Of a stretch of DNA of 64,000 nucleotides, positions 9,598 through 19,531 are shown piece after piece. The stretch lies in contig CAXXWQ010000004.1 of NCBI GenBank assembly GCA_963674945.2, forward strand, positions 320,001 to 384,000. The letters are read 5' to 3'. Position numbers and translations under genes: made by a program. Position 1 is the first letter of the stretch; each line of letters begins with the position of its first letter. The notes beneath the pieces were generated by a model. That model worked only from the letters and a program-made list of their open reading frames with translations. It did not search any database and was not told the DNA's origin. The stretch is from an uncultured Desulfosarcina sp. Its GTDB lineage: Bacteria; Desulfobacterota; Desulfobacteria; Desulfobacterales; Desulfosarcinaceae.

Positions 9598-9911
9598 TTC
9601 ATTGAGATGTTAATCGCGTTTAATTCTACACGACCGACTTTACGCCGACAACCGGTTTTATGCGTCCGCTCTTCAGTTGAGCTGTCATTCCGTTGAAGAT
9701 ATGGACCTTATTAAACTTTGAAATAATACATTTAGCATTATTTGTACATTTATTTATATTTTATATGTTCATATATAATTTTTTTGCATTATTTTTATTG
9801 CCTTTGTCCTATTTGAGTGGTATGTATTAACAACGTATTGATACTTTTAGAGGGACAGGTTTTTTCGGTACGTTCGGACGATTTACCCTTTATAAAAATA
9901 ATGGTGGAAAA

Positions 9912-11168
9912 ATGAGCACAACCAAGTCTTTAATTTTCAGTATTTTGTCTATGGCAGTCTTTCTTGTAATCGTCAGCAATGTTTTCGCCGGGGCGAGGAA
10001 CATTACAGCGCAGAGCGGACAAGCGTGGTTTAGCGGTGTTGGGCGCATTGCTGAGACGGAAGATGCGGACACCGTTCTCAACAATCCGGCCGGCGCAGCT
10101 TACATGGGCGACGGCTTGCATATTCACTTATCGACATATATTGCCGATAATGTTTGGAATGTTAAAAATGCAAATACCGGTACGGAATATGAGACCGAAT
10201 CCATTGGGTCAATACCCGGCTTTGCCTTTACTTATAAGAAAAACAATTGGGCCGTTTTTCAAACCGTTTCCTTTCCCGGTGGCAATGGATCGGGAGATTA
10301 TGACAGACACCCCTCTTTTGATTATGCAGCGGACGTGTATTCCAGTTTAACCGGCCAAAACGTTACCGCCGAAAATCAGAAATTTGAATTTTCCGGTGGT
10401 AAAGGCGCTCTTTCCATTGGAGGTGCCTGGGCGATAAATGATATTTTTTCGGTTGGATATGCCATGCGAGCGGTTTATGCATCGAGTTTTGTCGATGCCG
10501 AAGCGACATTGGTCAACCAGGATACCGGCCAAGCACTTGAGCATATAAGGATAGACCAGGAGAGCGATGGTTGGGGACTCGGGCACTCGCTTTGCGTGCT
10601 TTTCAACTACGATAAGTTAAAACTCGGTCTGCGATTCGATCCTGAAGTAAAAATCCAGAAAAAAGTAGACAAAAAACCAGGCGACACTTCTCCAACCATC
10701 AATGGGTCAAAGTCACATGACGACTTGCCGCCCGCCCTGCTTGCAGGCACAAGTTATCAACTTACCCCGAAATTCAAATTCGGTGGTGGATTCGTCTATT
10801 ATTGGCAAAAAGGTATTAACGGAGACGACGAACCGATTACGGACCAATGGAAAAACGCCTGGGAAATACACGGATTCGTTGAGTACGCGCTTACGCCAGA
10901 ATGGGAACTATTGACCAATGTTAATTATACTTTTCAAGGTCTTCCAGAAAAGATTTATACGCTAGAAAACACGTCATTCGCAAATTGTTGGACCTTCACT
11001 GTGGGTACGCAGTGGCGTCCCAACCCCCGTTGGACTTATATGGCGGGCCTAACACATTCTTACTACCCGAACAATCCAAAAACGGAAGGTGATCCAATGG
11101 GGCTTTACGAAAGAAGCATCGGCAAACCAGTCATCGGTTTGGTATTCGGTATTGAGTACAAGAGGTGA
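9912..11168 (+). CDS. FadL/OmpP1-family outer membrane transporter for hydrophobic compounds
   Basis: Signal peptide, NNPAG hatch motif, alternating beta strands, aromatic C-terminal GIEYKR. Confidence 0.8.
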   Translation: MSTTKSLIFSILSMAVFLVIVSNVFAGARNITAQSGQAWFSGVGRIAETEDADTVLNNPAGAAYMGDGLHIHLSTYIADNVWNVKNANTGTEYETESIGSIPGFAFTYKKNNWAVFQTVSFPGGNGSGDYDRHPSFDYAADVYSSLTGQNVTAENQKFEFSGGKGALSIGGAWAINDIFSVGYAMRAVYASSFVDAEATLVNQDTGQALEHIRIDQESDGWGLGHSLCVLFNYDKLKLGLRFDPEVKIQKKVDKKPGDTSPTINGSKSHDDLPPALLAGTSYQLTPKFKFGGGFVYYWQKGINGDDEPITDQWKNAWEIHGFVEYALTPEWELLTNVNYTFQGLPEKIYTLENTSFANCWTFTVGTQWRPNPRWTYMAGLTHSYYPNNPKTEGDPMGLYERSIGKPVIGLVFGIEYKR

Positions 11169-11512
11169 TTTGTAGAAGTTCAGATGCAGATACGAACGTC
11201 ATTCTAAATATCGCACTGCGCAGGTCAGTGGCCCGGAGAAATCAACGTATATGAAGTTTTAAATATCAATTACTGATTACCGATATCAGATGTTTCTGCA
11301 GCCGACTTGATCAATTCCCCGTCTTCCCACATCAGAAAGCCCGCCTGACGATCCCAATCGGTGGCCAAACCTGACATATCGAAAGGCCCTAATGCCAACG
11401 CAGTCATCCCGGCTCGGGGAATACTACAGGCATTGCCCATTGATCACAAAATCAGAAATACAATCCTGTCTTTTCGGTTGCAATCCCCATCCATGCTGTC
11501 TTACAGTCATAA

Positions 11513-11531
11513 CGTGTAAAATATTACACAT
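11513..11531. promoter_or_regulatory. Palindromic site upstream of the sigma54 activator gene
   Basis: GTGTAA-AATA-TTACAC; 15/19 identical to the site at 13918-13936. Confidence 0.45.
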
Positions 11532-11590
11532 AGTGCGTTATATATGCCATAATCACCTTCGGCTGGTTTTTTAAACAAGGAACGTGCAAC

Positions 11591-13816
11591 ATGGCAACGG
11601 AAAAATCGCAAAAGGGAACGAAACCTTCAGCAACGGCCCGAGAAATAAACACAAAAAAGGCAACCGTTTCGGATTTGGAGCGGATCCGACAATTGGAGAT
11701 GGAGCTTAAAAAATACAAGGAATTATTCGATAACGCCCCCATCGGTATCGTCCGAACAACAATAGATGGGCGTCTGATGGAGGCCAATCACGCAATGGCG
11801 AAGATGCTGGGCTACGATTCGGCCGAAGATTACATCGCATCTGTTCAGAACCTTGCCAGCGATGTATACGTCGATTCAAGCCAACGCCAAAAGTTGATTG
11901 ATTTGTCTGTTAAACAAGACCATTTAATGAATTTTCAGAATCAATTTCGCTGCAAGGACGGGCGAATTATCACCTGCAAGTTGAATTTACGAACCGCTCG
12001 AGACCCTGATGGCAGCGTCAGTCACTTTGAATCATTCGTTGAAAATATCACTGAACAGACGAAAATGGCCGAATCCCTCAAAGATAGGGAGGCGCTTTAC
12101 CGCAGTATCTTTGAAAACACAGGGGCTGGTACGATCATTATTGAAGAAGATACGACGATATCTTTCGCTAATTCCGGATTCGAAAAATTGACCGGCTATT
12201 GTAAGGAAGAAATAGAAGGCCAAATGAAATGGCCGACCATCGTTGCCGATCCATCCGAACTAGAAATGATGCTGAACTACCATTACAAGCGGCGCAAAGA
12301 CCAGTGCGGCGCACCCATTGAATATGAATTTACGGTGCTCGACAAAAACAATCGAAAGAAAAACGTCTTTATAAGGGTCGATCTGATCACCGGAACGAAT
12401 CGAAGTGTTGCCTCCCTGATTGATATCACTTCCTTAAGGGAGGCCGAACGGTCTTATCGTGAAAGTGAATCGAAACTGAGTGGAATTCTGGAAGCCTTCG
12501 AAGGAATCGTCTATATATGCACCGAAGACTATCGTATTTCTTATATGAATAAGACCCTCAAAGATCTGACCGGTGGCAATGGCACTGGACTTTTGTGTTA
12601 TGAAGAGATTTACGGACTTCGCCAGCCATGCCCCTGGTGCACGCATGACCGCATATTCAATGGAGAAAGCGAAAAAGTCGAGTTTCAAAATCCCAAAAAC
12701 GGGCGGTGGTTCTATGCACTCAGTACTCCCATATTCGCAGACGATAACTCTGTGACCCAGAAACAGACCGTTATTATCGATATACATGAGAGAAAAATTG
12801 CCGAAGATGCGATCCGGGAGCAGGAACGGTATCTGAAAAAAGAGAATGTCCGTTTACGCACAACGATAAAAGATCGTTATAAATTTGGAAAAATTATCGG
12901 GAAATGCGAACCCATGCAGAAGATGTACGAACTGGTGTTGCGGGCAGCATCGACCGATGCGAACGTTATTATTTATGGAGAATCAGGAACCGGAAAAGAA
13001 CTTGTGGCAAAGGCCATCCACGATATGAGTGATCGCGGTGCCCACCCGTTTGTCCCGGTTAACTGCGGGGCCATCCCCCAACAATTGGTGGAAAGTGAGT
13101 TTTTCGGATACAAAAAAGGGGCCTTTACAGGAGCTCTTGCAGACAAACCCGGCTATCTGGACCAAGCCGAAAAAGGGTCGCTTTTTTTGGATGAACTGGG
13201 TGAAATTCAAAGCGATATGCAGGTAAAACTTCTACGGGTCCTGGGAGGCGGCGGCTATACGCCAGTCGGCAGTGTAAACGTCAGGCAGCCCGACATCCGC
13301 ATCATTGCCGCAACGAACCGCAACATAAGGAAGCTGTTGGAAAATGGCCAATTACGGGAAGATTTTTTCTATCGCATCCACATCATCCCCATCCACCTGC
13401 CGCCGTTACGCGAACGAAAAGAAGATATCCCTCTTCTGGCCGAGTATTTCCTAAAAAAATATAGGACTTCCGAGCGCAGCATCCCGATTACCGGAAAAAT
13501 CATGGATGCATTGCTTGCTCATGACTGGCCCGGAAATGTGCGGGAACTTGAAAACGCCATACAGCGGCTCGTGAATATCGGGTATCTCGATTTTCTGGAA
13601 CCGTCCACGCAACCGATATTCACCCACCCGACAACTTCGGACACAGAGGCCTTTCTTTATGACCTTCCCTTACGGCAGGCTGTTATGGGTTTTGAGAAAC
13701 GCTATATTTCTCACTGGCTAGAAAAATATAAATGGAACCGAATCCGGGTGGCCAATCATTTGAAAGTCGAGCGGAAAACGCTATATTTGAAAATGAAGAA
13801 ATTGGGGCTCCAATAA
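11591..13816 (+). CDS. sigma54-dependent enhancer-binding protein with three PAS domains and Fis HTH
   Basis: PAS repeats, GESGTGKE, GAFTGA, LFLDE, WPGNVRELEN, C-terminal HTH. Confidence 0.93.
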   Translation: MATEKSQKGTKPSATAREINTKKATVSDLERIRQLEMELKKYKELFDNAPIGIVRTTIDGRLMEANHAMAKMLGYDSAEDYIASVQNLASDVYVDSSQRQKLIDLSVKQDHLMNFQNQFRCKDGRIITCKLNLRTARDPDGSVSHFESFVENITEQTKMAESLKDREALYRSIFENTGAGTIIIEEDTTISFANSGFEKLTGYCKEEIEGQMKWPTIVADPSELEMMLNYHYKRRKDQCGAPIEYEFTVLDKNNRKKNVFIRVDLITGTNRSVASLIDITSLREAERSYRESESKLSGILEAFEGIVYICTEDYRISYMNKTLKDLTGGNGTGLLCYEEIYGLRQPCPWCTHDRIFNGESEKVEFQNPKNGRWFYALSTPIFADDNSVTQKQTVIIDIHERKIAEDAIREQERYLKKENVRLRTTIKDRYKFGKIIGKCEPMQKMYELVLRAASTDANVIIYGESGTGKELVAKAIHDMSDRGAHPFVPVNCGAIPQQLVESEFFGYKKGAFTGALADKPGYLDQAEKGSLFLDELGEIQSDMQVKLLRVLGGGGYTPVGSVNVRQPDIRIIAATNRNIRKLLENGQLREDFFYRIHIIPIHLPPLRERKEDIPLLAEYFLKKYRTSERSIPITGKIMDALLAHDWPGNVRELENAIQRLVNIGYLDFLEPSTQPIFTHPTTSDTEAFLYDLPLRQAVMGFEKRYISHWLEKYKWNRIRVANHLKVERKTLYLKMKKLGLQ

Positions 13817-14010
13817 TTACAGCAATTGAGTTGTTTATGACTCAGCATGAGTCATTGTGAGCACATGTTTGTAACACACTATTATTGATTCTGTTTTGGC
13901 CAATCATCCGTCTCAGGCGTGTCAAATATGCCCCATGCACCATGGGGCGCAATTCGCCCACTCATTTTAAAGTATTTAATATCATTACAATTTACTGATT
14001 ATCATCATTC

Positions 14011-14026
14011 TGGCAAACATTTCGCA
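14011..14026 (+). promoter_or_regulatory. sigma54 (-24/-12) promoter
   Basis: TGGCAAACATTTCGCA = GG-N10-GC, between the activator and the acyl-CoA ligase. Confidence 0.75.
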
Positions 14027-14202
14027 GTATTTGGGATTACGCGATAATCTACTTCAGCTGTTTTCCTTTTGAGAAACGTACCTATCGGCGAATCGATTCA
14101 TTTGTTTCTGGATTGTTAGGATCAACCGACAACCCAGGGAGGGAAGAGCCATGATCAATGTCGAATCTGGTCCGACCCTGCCCGATAAAAAGGAGCAAGA
14201 AA

Positions 14203-15849
14203 ATGACGATAAAAACAATCAACAAAACCCCATCCGCGTACGAATATCCCCTGTTGATCAAACATCTGCTGCGTACCCCGTTGATTTACGCTCCAAATCA
14301 AGAGATCGTCTACCGGGACCGGATGCGTTACACGTATGCCGAGTTTGGGAAACGGGTAGCCAAACTTGCCAACGGATTGAGTCGTATCGGTGTCCGACCG
14401 GGGGATACGGTTGCCATGATGGATTGGGACAGTCATCGCTACCTGGAATGCTTTTTTGCCGTGCCCATGATGGGCGCCGTCCTCCATACGATCAATATCC
14501 GGCTGTCATCGGAACAGCTCATCTATACCATCAATCATGCCGAAGACGATGTGATTCTGGTGAACGCGGAATTTCTCCCCATGCTAGAAGCGGCCAAGGA
14601 TCAATTCACAACGGTGAAAAAAATCATACTGATCTCGGATGAACCGACAATGCCGGACACGTTGCTGACCATAGACGGCGAATACGAAAAATTGGTGGGC
14701 GAAAGTGCCGACAACTTCGACTTCCCGGATTTTGATGAAAACACCATGGCCACAACCTTCTACACTACCGGCACGACCGGCTTGCCCAAGGGGGTCTATT
14801 TCAGCCACCGCCAGTTGGTGCTGCACACCTATGGCGTCATATCGGCCTTGTGCGGATTTTCATCTCAGGCCAATATCAGTTCAGCCGATGTTTATATGCC
14901 GATCACACCGATGTTCCACGTGCACGCCTGGGGAATGCCCTATGTGATGACCCTCCTCGGTGCCAAACAGGTCTATCCGGGACGTTACGAGCCTCCCATG
15001 CTGCTGAAACTACGGGATAAAGAAAAAGTCACCTTTTCTCACTGCGTTCCGACAATTCTCCACATGCTGATAAACAGCCCGGCGGCAAAGGAAGTCGAAC
15101 TGACCGGCTGGAAAGTGATCATCGGTGGTGCGGCCCTTCCCAAGGGCCTGTGTAAAGAAGCCATGGATCTGGGCATGAATCTTTTCACCGGATACGGCAT
15201 GTCCGAAACCTGTCCGATTTTAACGATTGCCAATATGAAGCCGCACATGCTCGATTGGGATGATGCCGAACAGATAAAAATCCGGTGCCGCACCGGCCTG
15301 CCAATCCACAATGTCCACCTGGAAGTCGTCGATATCGATGGAAACCCTCAGCCACATGATGGTGAGGCCACTGGTGAAGTGGTAGTGCGTGCCCCCTGGC
15401 TTACCCAGGGATATTTAAAAGAGACGGAAAAAAGCGAGGAACTGTGGTTCAACAGCTGGCTTCATACGGGTGATGTGGGATTTATCGATCCGGAAGGCTA
15501 CCTGCAAATCACGGACAGGCTCAAGGACGTTATCAAGACGGGCGGTGAATGGATCTCTTCCCTTGAATTGGAAGACATTATCAGCCAGCATCCGGCTGTC
15601 AGCGAAGCTGCCGTGGTGGGCGTCCCCGATGAAAAATGGGGAGAACGCCCCATTGCACTCGTCGTTCTGAGAGATGAGTTCAAGAACAGGGTAGATGAAA
15701 CGGAACTGAAGCGTTTTTTCATGAAGTCTGTCGAAAATGGCACCATTCCGAAATTCGGTGTGCCCAACAAAGTGTTGATTGTCGATCAAATTGCCAAAAC
15801 CAGCGTTGGCAAGCTTAATAAGAAAGAAATTCGAGCAAGCTATCGTTGA
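14203..15849 (+). CDS. Medium/long-chain fatty acid-CoA ligase (AlkK-like)
   Basis: YTTGTTGLPKG, PMFHVHAWG, GYGMSET, TGD, KTSVGK; AAGGAG RBS. Confidence 0.92.
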   Translation: MTIKTINKTPSAYEYPLLIKHLLRTPLIYAPNQEIVYRDRMRYTYAEFGKRVAKLANGLSRIGVRPGDTVAMMDWDSHRYLECFFAVPMMGAVLHTINIRLSSEQLIYTINHAEDDVILVNAEFLPMLEAAKDQFTTVKKIILISDEPTMPDTLLTIDGEYEKLVGESADNFDFPDFDENTMATTFYTTGTTGLPKGVYFSHRQLVLHTYGVISALCGFSSQANISSADVYMPITPMFHVHAWGMPYVMTLLGAKQVYPGRYEPPMLLKLRDKEKVTFSHCVPTILHMLINSPAAKEVELTGWKVIIGGAALPKGLCKEAMDLGMNLFTGYGMSETCPILTIANMKPHMLDWDDAEQIKIRCRTGLPIHNVHLEVVDIDGNPQPHDGEATGEVVVRAPWLTQGYLKETEKSEELWFNSWLHTGDVGFIDPEGYLQITDRLKDVIKTGGEWISSLELEDIISQHPAVSEAAVVGVPDEKWGERPIALVVLRDEFKNRVDETELKRFFMKSVENGTIPKFGVPNKVLIVDQIAKTSVGKLNKKEIRASYR

Positions 15850-16016
15850 CGGATTCCTGAAAAGGCCGATATCGGCGCCTGCGCTTCATCCCTCGTCACT
15901 GCGGAGTACGATCAGCACGCCTCATTCCTGACGGATGGAACATAAATGTTCGCCGAAAGGATGAAAATCGATTGTTGTTCACTCGCTGTCGCGGCCCGCA
16001 AGCCTTGATCTCGGCC
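15846..16016. repeat. ERIC-like hairpin repeat, copy A, with nested ~60 bp insert
   Basis: GGCCGATATC...GATCTCGGCC arms; core matches the reverse complement of 36982-37108. Confidence 0.8.
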
Positions 16017-16122
16017 GGCCACCCTCTGCAAAGGCGGGGGCGTTTCCATTGCCTTCGCCATCGAAATACTATCGCCGATTGGGCTTTGAAATAATTCCCT
16101 TACAGAACCAAAGGAGCAAACA

Positions 16123-17280
16123 ATGGAGTTCGAACTCAGCAAAGAGCAAAAAGATATTCAGAAAGCCGTCCGTGATTTCGTTAAAGGAGAATTCAAGAAA
16201 GAAATCATCGAAGAGTTGCTGGAAAACCATGCTTACCCGGAAAAGATTTGGAAAAAGGCAGCCGCGCTGGGGTTTATCGGCATCCATTACCCGGAAAAAT
16301 ATTCGGGTATGGGGTTGGGTTGTCTGGAAAACATTATCGTGGCCGAAGAGCTTGCGCGAGGTGACAGCACTATCGGAACCTGCCTGCTGATCGCTGATTT
16401 TGCTTCGGAAATCATTCTGCATTTTGGCAGCGAGGAGCAGAAATCCAAGTGGCTGCCGATGGTTGCCGAGGGCGAGTGCTTATCGTGCGGCGCTTTTACC
16501 GAGCCCGATCATGGTTCGGATATTACATCCGTGGCGACTACCGCCGGTAAGGACGGTGACGGGTGGGTTATCAACGGTAGCAAGATTTTCATTACCAACG
16601 GCGGCCCATTGGCCGGCTTCTACTGCGTACTTTGCCAGACGGATCCGGATGCAAAACCGTCTTATCGTGGATTGAGTTTGATCCTGGTAGAAGCCGACAA
16701 TCCCGGTGTGTCTTATCAGGACGTAGGGCACAAGATGGGAATTACCCTCTCATATACGGCTGAAGTTGTTTTTAAAGATGTGCGGGTCCCTTTGGAAAAC
16801 CTTATTGGCAAAGAGAATAAAGGTTTTTATCAATTGATGGAATTTTTCGACGAAAGCCGTATCCTTGTGGCGGCGCAGGCATTGGGTACCGCTCAAGGAG
16901 CCTTTGATCGGGCTGTAACATACATCAAACAGCGTGAGCAGTTCGGAAAAAAGATTGCACAGTTCCAGGTCAGCCAGCACAAAATCGCCGACATGGCGAC
17001 CAAAATCGAGTGCGCTCGTCTGATCACCTACAAGGCTGCATGGAACTTTGACCAGGGCCGTATTGATCCCAAACTGACTTCTATGGCCAAAATGTATGCA
17101 GCACGCACGGCAGTTGAGGTGGCCGATGAAGCCATTCAACTGATGGGTGGGTACGGTTACATGCAAGAGTACGAAGTGGAGCGCTTTTACCGTGATGCCA
17201 AGATCACTGAAATATATGAAGGCACCAAGGAGATACAGAAAAACACAATCGCAAGCAGCATGATGGGTAAGATCAAGTAA
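16123..17280 (+). CDS. Acyl-CoA dehydrogenase
   Basis: FTEPDHGSD, INGSKIFITN, REQFGKKI, GGYGY, EIYEGTKEIQ. Confidence 0.95.
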   Translation: MEFELSKEQKDIQKAVRDFVKGEFKKEIIEELLENHAYPEKIWKKAAALGFIGIHYPEKYSGMGLGCLENIIVAEELARGDSTIGTCLLIADFASEIILHFGSEEQKSKWLPMVAEGECLSCGAFTEPDHGSDITSVATTAGKDGDGWVINGSKIFITNGGPLAGFYCVLCQTDPDAKPSYRGLSLILVEADNPGVSYQDVGHKMGITLSYTAEVVFKDVRVPLENLIGKENKGFYQLMEFFDESRILVAAQALGTAQGAFDRAVTYIKQREQFGKKIAQFQVSQHKIADMATKIECARLITYKAAWNFDQGRIDPKLTSMAKMYAARTAVEVADEAIQLMGGYGYMQEYEVERFYRDAKITEIYEGTKEIQKNTIASSMMGKIK

Positions 17281-17287
17281 GATATCT

Positions 17288-17362
17288 CAGCAGGTCACGC
17301 ACCATTTTCAGACCGATGTATAGGAGGACACCGGCGGCGAACAGCTTACAATGTTTCGGGTT
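17288..17362 (-). pseudogene. Fragment resembling TauE/SafE sulfite exporter
   Basis: NPKHCKLFAAGVLLYIGLKMVRDLL; short and without a start. Confidence 0.4.
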
Positions 17363-17588
17363 CCTGACTGCTGCCGCAGGATCCTTCGGCCATGGTTGTC
17401 GATCCCGTTTGGTGTAAATACACACACCGCGAAAAATACGGATCGATCACGCGATCCCCTCTGATCTTTCCAAAGTAAGCGGTCAGCCGTCAACCTCGAT
17501 CTGTTGAGCATTCATCAACAAATCGGTAGTCACAGGCAGAACTCCTTTACGTCTTAGAATTTGTGCTGATAATCGCTCAATTTTAGTT

Positions 17589-17775
17589 CTATTCGTGTTT
17601 GATAAAACCCCCCTCCCGGTACTGGCGTATGGCGGTTTCCAATTCCGTCTGGGCATCGGTCCCCGCAAGGCTACCGGATCGTGGATGAACCTTCCGTTTA
17701 GCTATAAAAACGCAGGGATTCATCGGACGCGCTAACGGCCGTTTACTCGCCCAGTGGAAAAATATCATTAGAGAT
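17589..17775 (-). pseudogene. Pirin C-terminal remnant
   Basis: Frameshifted pieces AVSASDESLRF / IHDPVALRGP / QTELETAIRQYREGGFIKHE*. Confidence 0.6.
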
Positions 17776-17801
17776 CTGATTGAAAAAAATCTGATTCCGT
17801 C

Positions 17802-17847
17802 TTGACAAACCATAATATTAGATTACTCTAATTTAGAAAAAACTAAT
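17802..17847 (+). promoter_or_regulatory. Promoter with overlapping ArsR operator
   Basis: TTGACA at 17802; perfect ATTAGA-N4-TCTAAT at 17817-17832, plus an imperfect second copy. Confidence 0.65.
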
Positions 17848-17866
17848 ACAAAAACGGAGTCGGTTC

Positions 17867-18184
17867 ATGGAACAGATCGATCCAATACAACTTGTGGAAA
17901 ATGCGGAAAGAGCCTCAAAACTGCTCAAAAGCATGAGCCATCCGAGTCGCCTGATGGTGTTGTGTTACCTGATGAATGGGGAGCGACCGGTTAGCGCACT
18001 CAATGAGGCCGTCCCCTTGAGTCAGTCGGCACTGTCCCAACATCTGGCGGCATTGCGGCATGCGGGCCTTGTAGAAACACGACGCGAAAGCCAGACGATC
18101 CATTATCGCCTCAACGATAAGGCTGTATTCCGGATACTCGAGGCCCTTTACCGAATCTACTGTTATCCCAACAATGAGGAGTAA
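17867..18184 (+). CDS. ArsR/SmtB repressor, BigR/SqrR-like two-Cys type
   Basis: HPSRLMVLC, SQSALSQHL, C-terminal IYC. Confidence 0.9.
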   Translation: MEQIDPIQLVENAERASKLLKSMSHPSRLMVLCYLMNGERPVSALNEAVPLSQSALSQHLAALRHAGLVETRRESQTIHYRLNDKAVFRILEALYRIYCYPNNEE

Positions 18185-18189
18185 CGCTT

Positions 18190-18756
18190 ATGAACGGACA
18201 ATTGAATTGGTTTACGGGAGGTCTTCTACTGGGCGCAGCCTTTCTTCTGGCCGTGGCTTTTGTCAAACCCATCGGGGTTTCCACCCAGTTTGTTATTGCC
18301 GACGGCATCGTCTGGAACCTGTTCTCAGACAAGGTCGTTCAAAAGGCCCCTGAGAGCAAATCGGGTTATGCGAGCCCCAACGCCTATCTGAACAAGAGTG
18401 GTGGCAAATACGCCAAAAGCATTGCCAATCCGCTTAACTACAGTTTTGTCTTCGTCATTGCTATGGTCGTTGGGGCCTTCTTGTCCTCACGAATAGGCGG
18501 TCCCACCCCCACGACGCTGGACCGGAGCGCACCTGATGTATGGCGGCAGCGATTCGGGGAGAATCCTGCATTGCGCTATGTAACGGTGTTTTTTGCCGGG
18601 TTGCTCGTGCTTTTCGGCGCTCGCCTGGCTGGTGGCTGCACCAGCGGCCACATGATGAGCGGGATGATGCAGACATCTTTGAGCGGCTACCTGTTCGCCA
18701 TCGGCGCATTTGCCGCAGCCGTTCCCACAGCGATACTGGTTTACAGAAGAAAATAG
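18190..18756 (+). CDS. YeeE/YedE sulfur-compound transporter subunit
   Basis: PIGVST, GARLAGGCTSGH. Confidence 0.9.
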   Translation: MNGQLNWFTGGLLLGAAFLLAVAFVKPIGVSTQFVIADGIVWNLFSDKVVQKAPESKSGYASPNAYLNKSGGKYAKSIANPLNYSFVFVIAMVVGAFLSSRIGGPTPTTLDRSAPDVWRQRFGENPALRYVTVFFAGLLVLFGARLAGGCTSGHMMSGMMQTSLSGYLFAIGAFAAAVPTAILVYRRK

Positions 18757-18766
18757 GAGGTGCTTT

Positions 18767-19321
18767 ATGACCATCGTTCTTGCAATCATACTCGGCATTT
18801 TCTTTGGCTTTGCGCTGCAGCGCGTCGGGGCAACCAACCCGCAGAACATCATAAACATGCTGCGCCTTACGGATCTGCACCTCATGAAAGCCATTTTTTT
18901 TGCTATCGGCATCAGTAGTATCCTGTTATTTTTACTGATGAGTGTTGGCGTCATCGACGCTGGGCACCTTTCCGTAAAGAGCAGCTACATCGGCGTAATC
19001 GTGGGCGGGGCAATGCTCGGCCTGGGTTTCGCTGTGGCTGGCTACTGCCCCGGCACGGGTCTATCCGCTCTGGCGGATGGCAGGAAGGACGCTCTGTTCT
19101 TTATCAGTGGCGGTTTGCTGGGTGCCCTTATCTATACTCTTGTCTATGGCAGCATCGAAGGGTCTTTTCTTTTCGATAAAATCGCCGGCGGTAAGGTGAT
19201 GCTTGCGACGGGAGCGGACAAGTACCAGGCCCTGCTGCCCATGATACCGGGTACTTTGCTGGCCGCCGTCATCGGGGGGGTGTTTATGATCATTGCCTGG
19301 AAACTTCCCAACAAGGTCTGA
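18767..19321 (+). CDS. YeeE/YedE sulfur-compound transporter subunit
   Basis: FGFALQR, AGYCPGT; AGGAGG RBS. Confidence 0.9.
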   Translation: MTIVLAIILGIFFGFALQRVGATNPQNIINMLRLTDLHLMKAIFFAIGISSILLFLLMSVGVIDAGHLSVKSSYIGVIVGGAMLGLGFAVAGYCPGTGLSALADGRKDALFFISGGLLGALIYTLVYGSIEGSFLFDKIAGGKVMLATGADKYQALLPMIPGTLLAAVIGGVFMIIAWKLPNKV

Positions 19322-19531
19322 TTCCATCTGTGTATCAAAAGGCCCCGCACATCGCGGAGTCTTTTGATGCCAGCAATCGGTTAGGAATCAACCACAACCA
19401 GATCTTTTTATTGCACCCAAAATTGGCGTGTCACGAACAAGGACTTTTCTCCTTGACAGCCGCTATGGAACTGTGGCAGCGCTTCCGACAATATCCTAAG
19501 AATCGTGATGATAGTCAAAAGACAGGAGTCA

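Noticed and set aside
11270..11440. 56 aa minus-strand ORF (MGNACSIPRAG...)
   Set aside because: No recognisable family or convincing RBS; may be debris.
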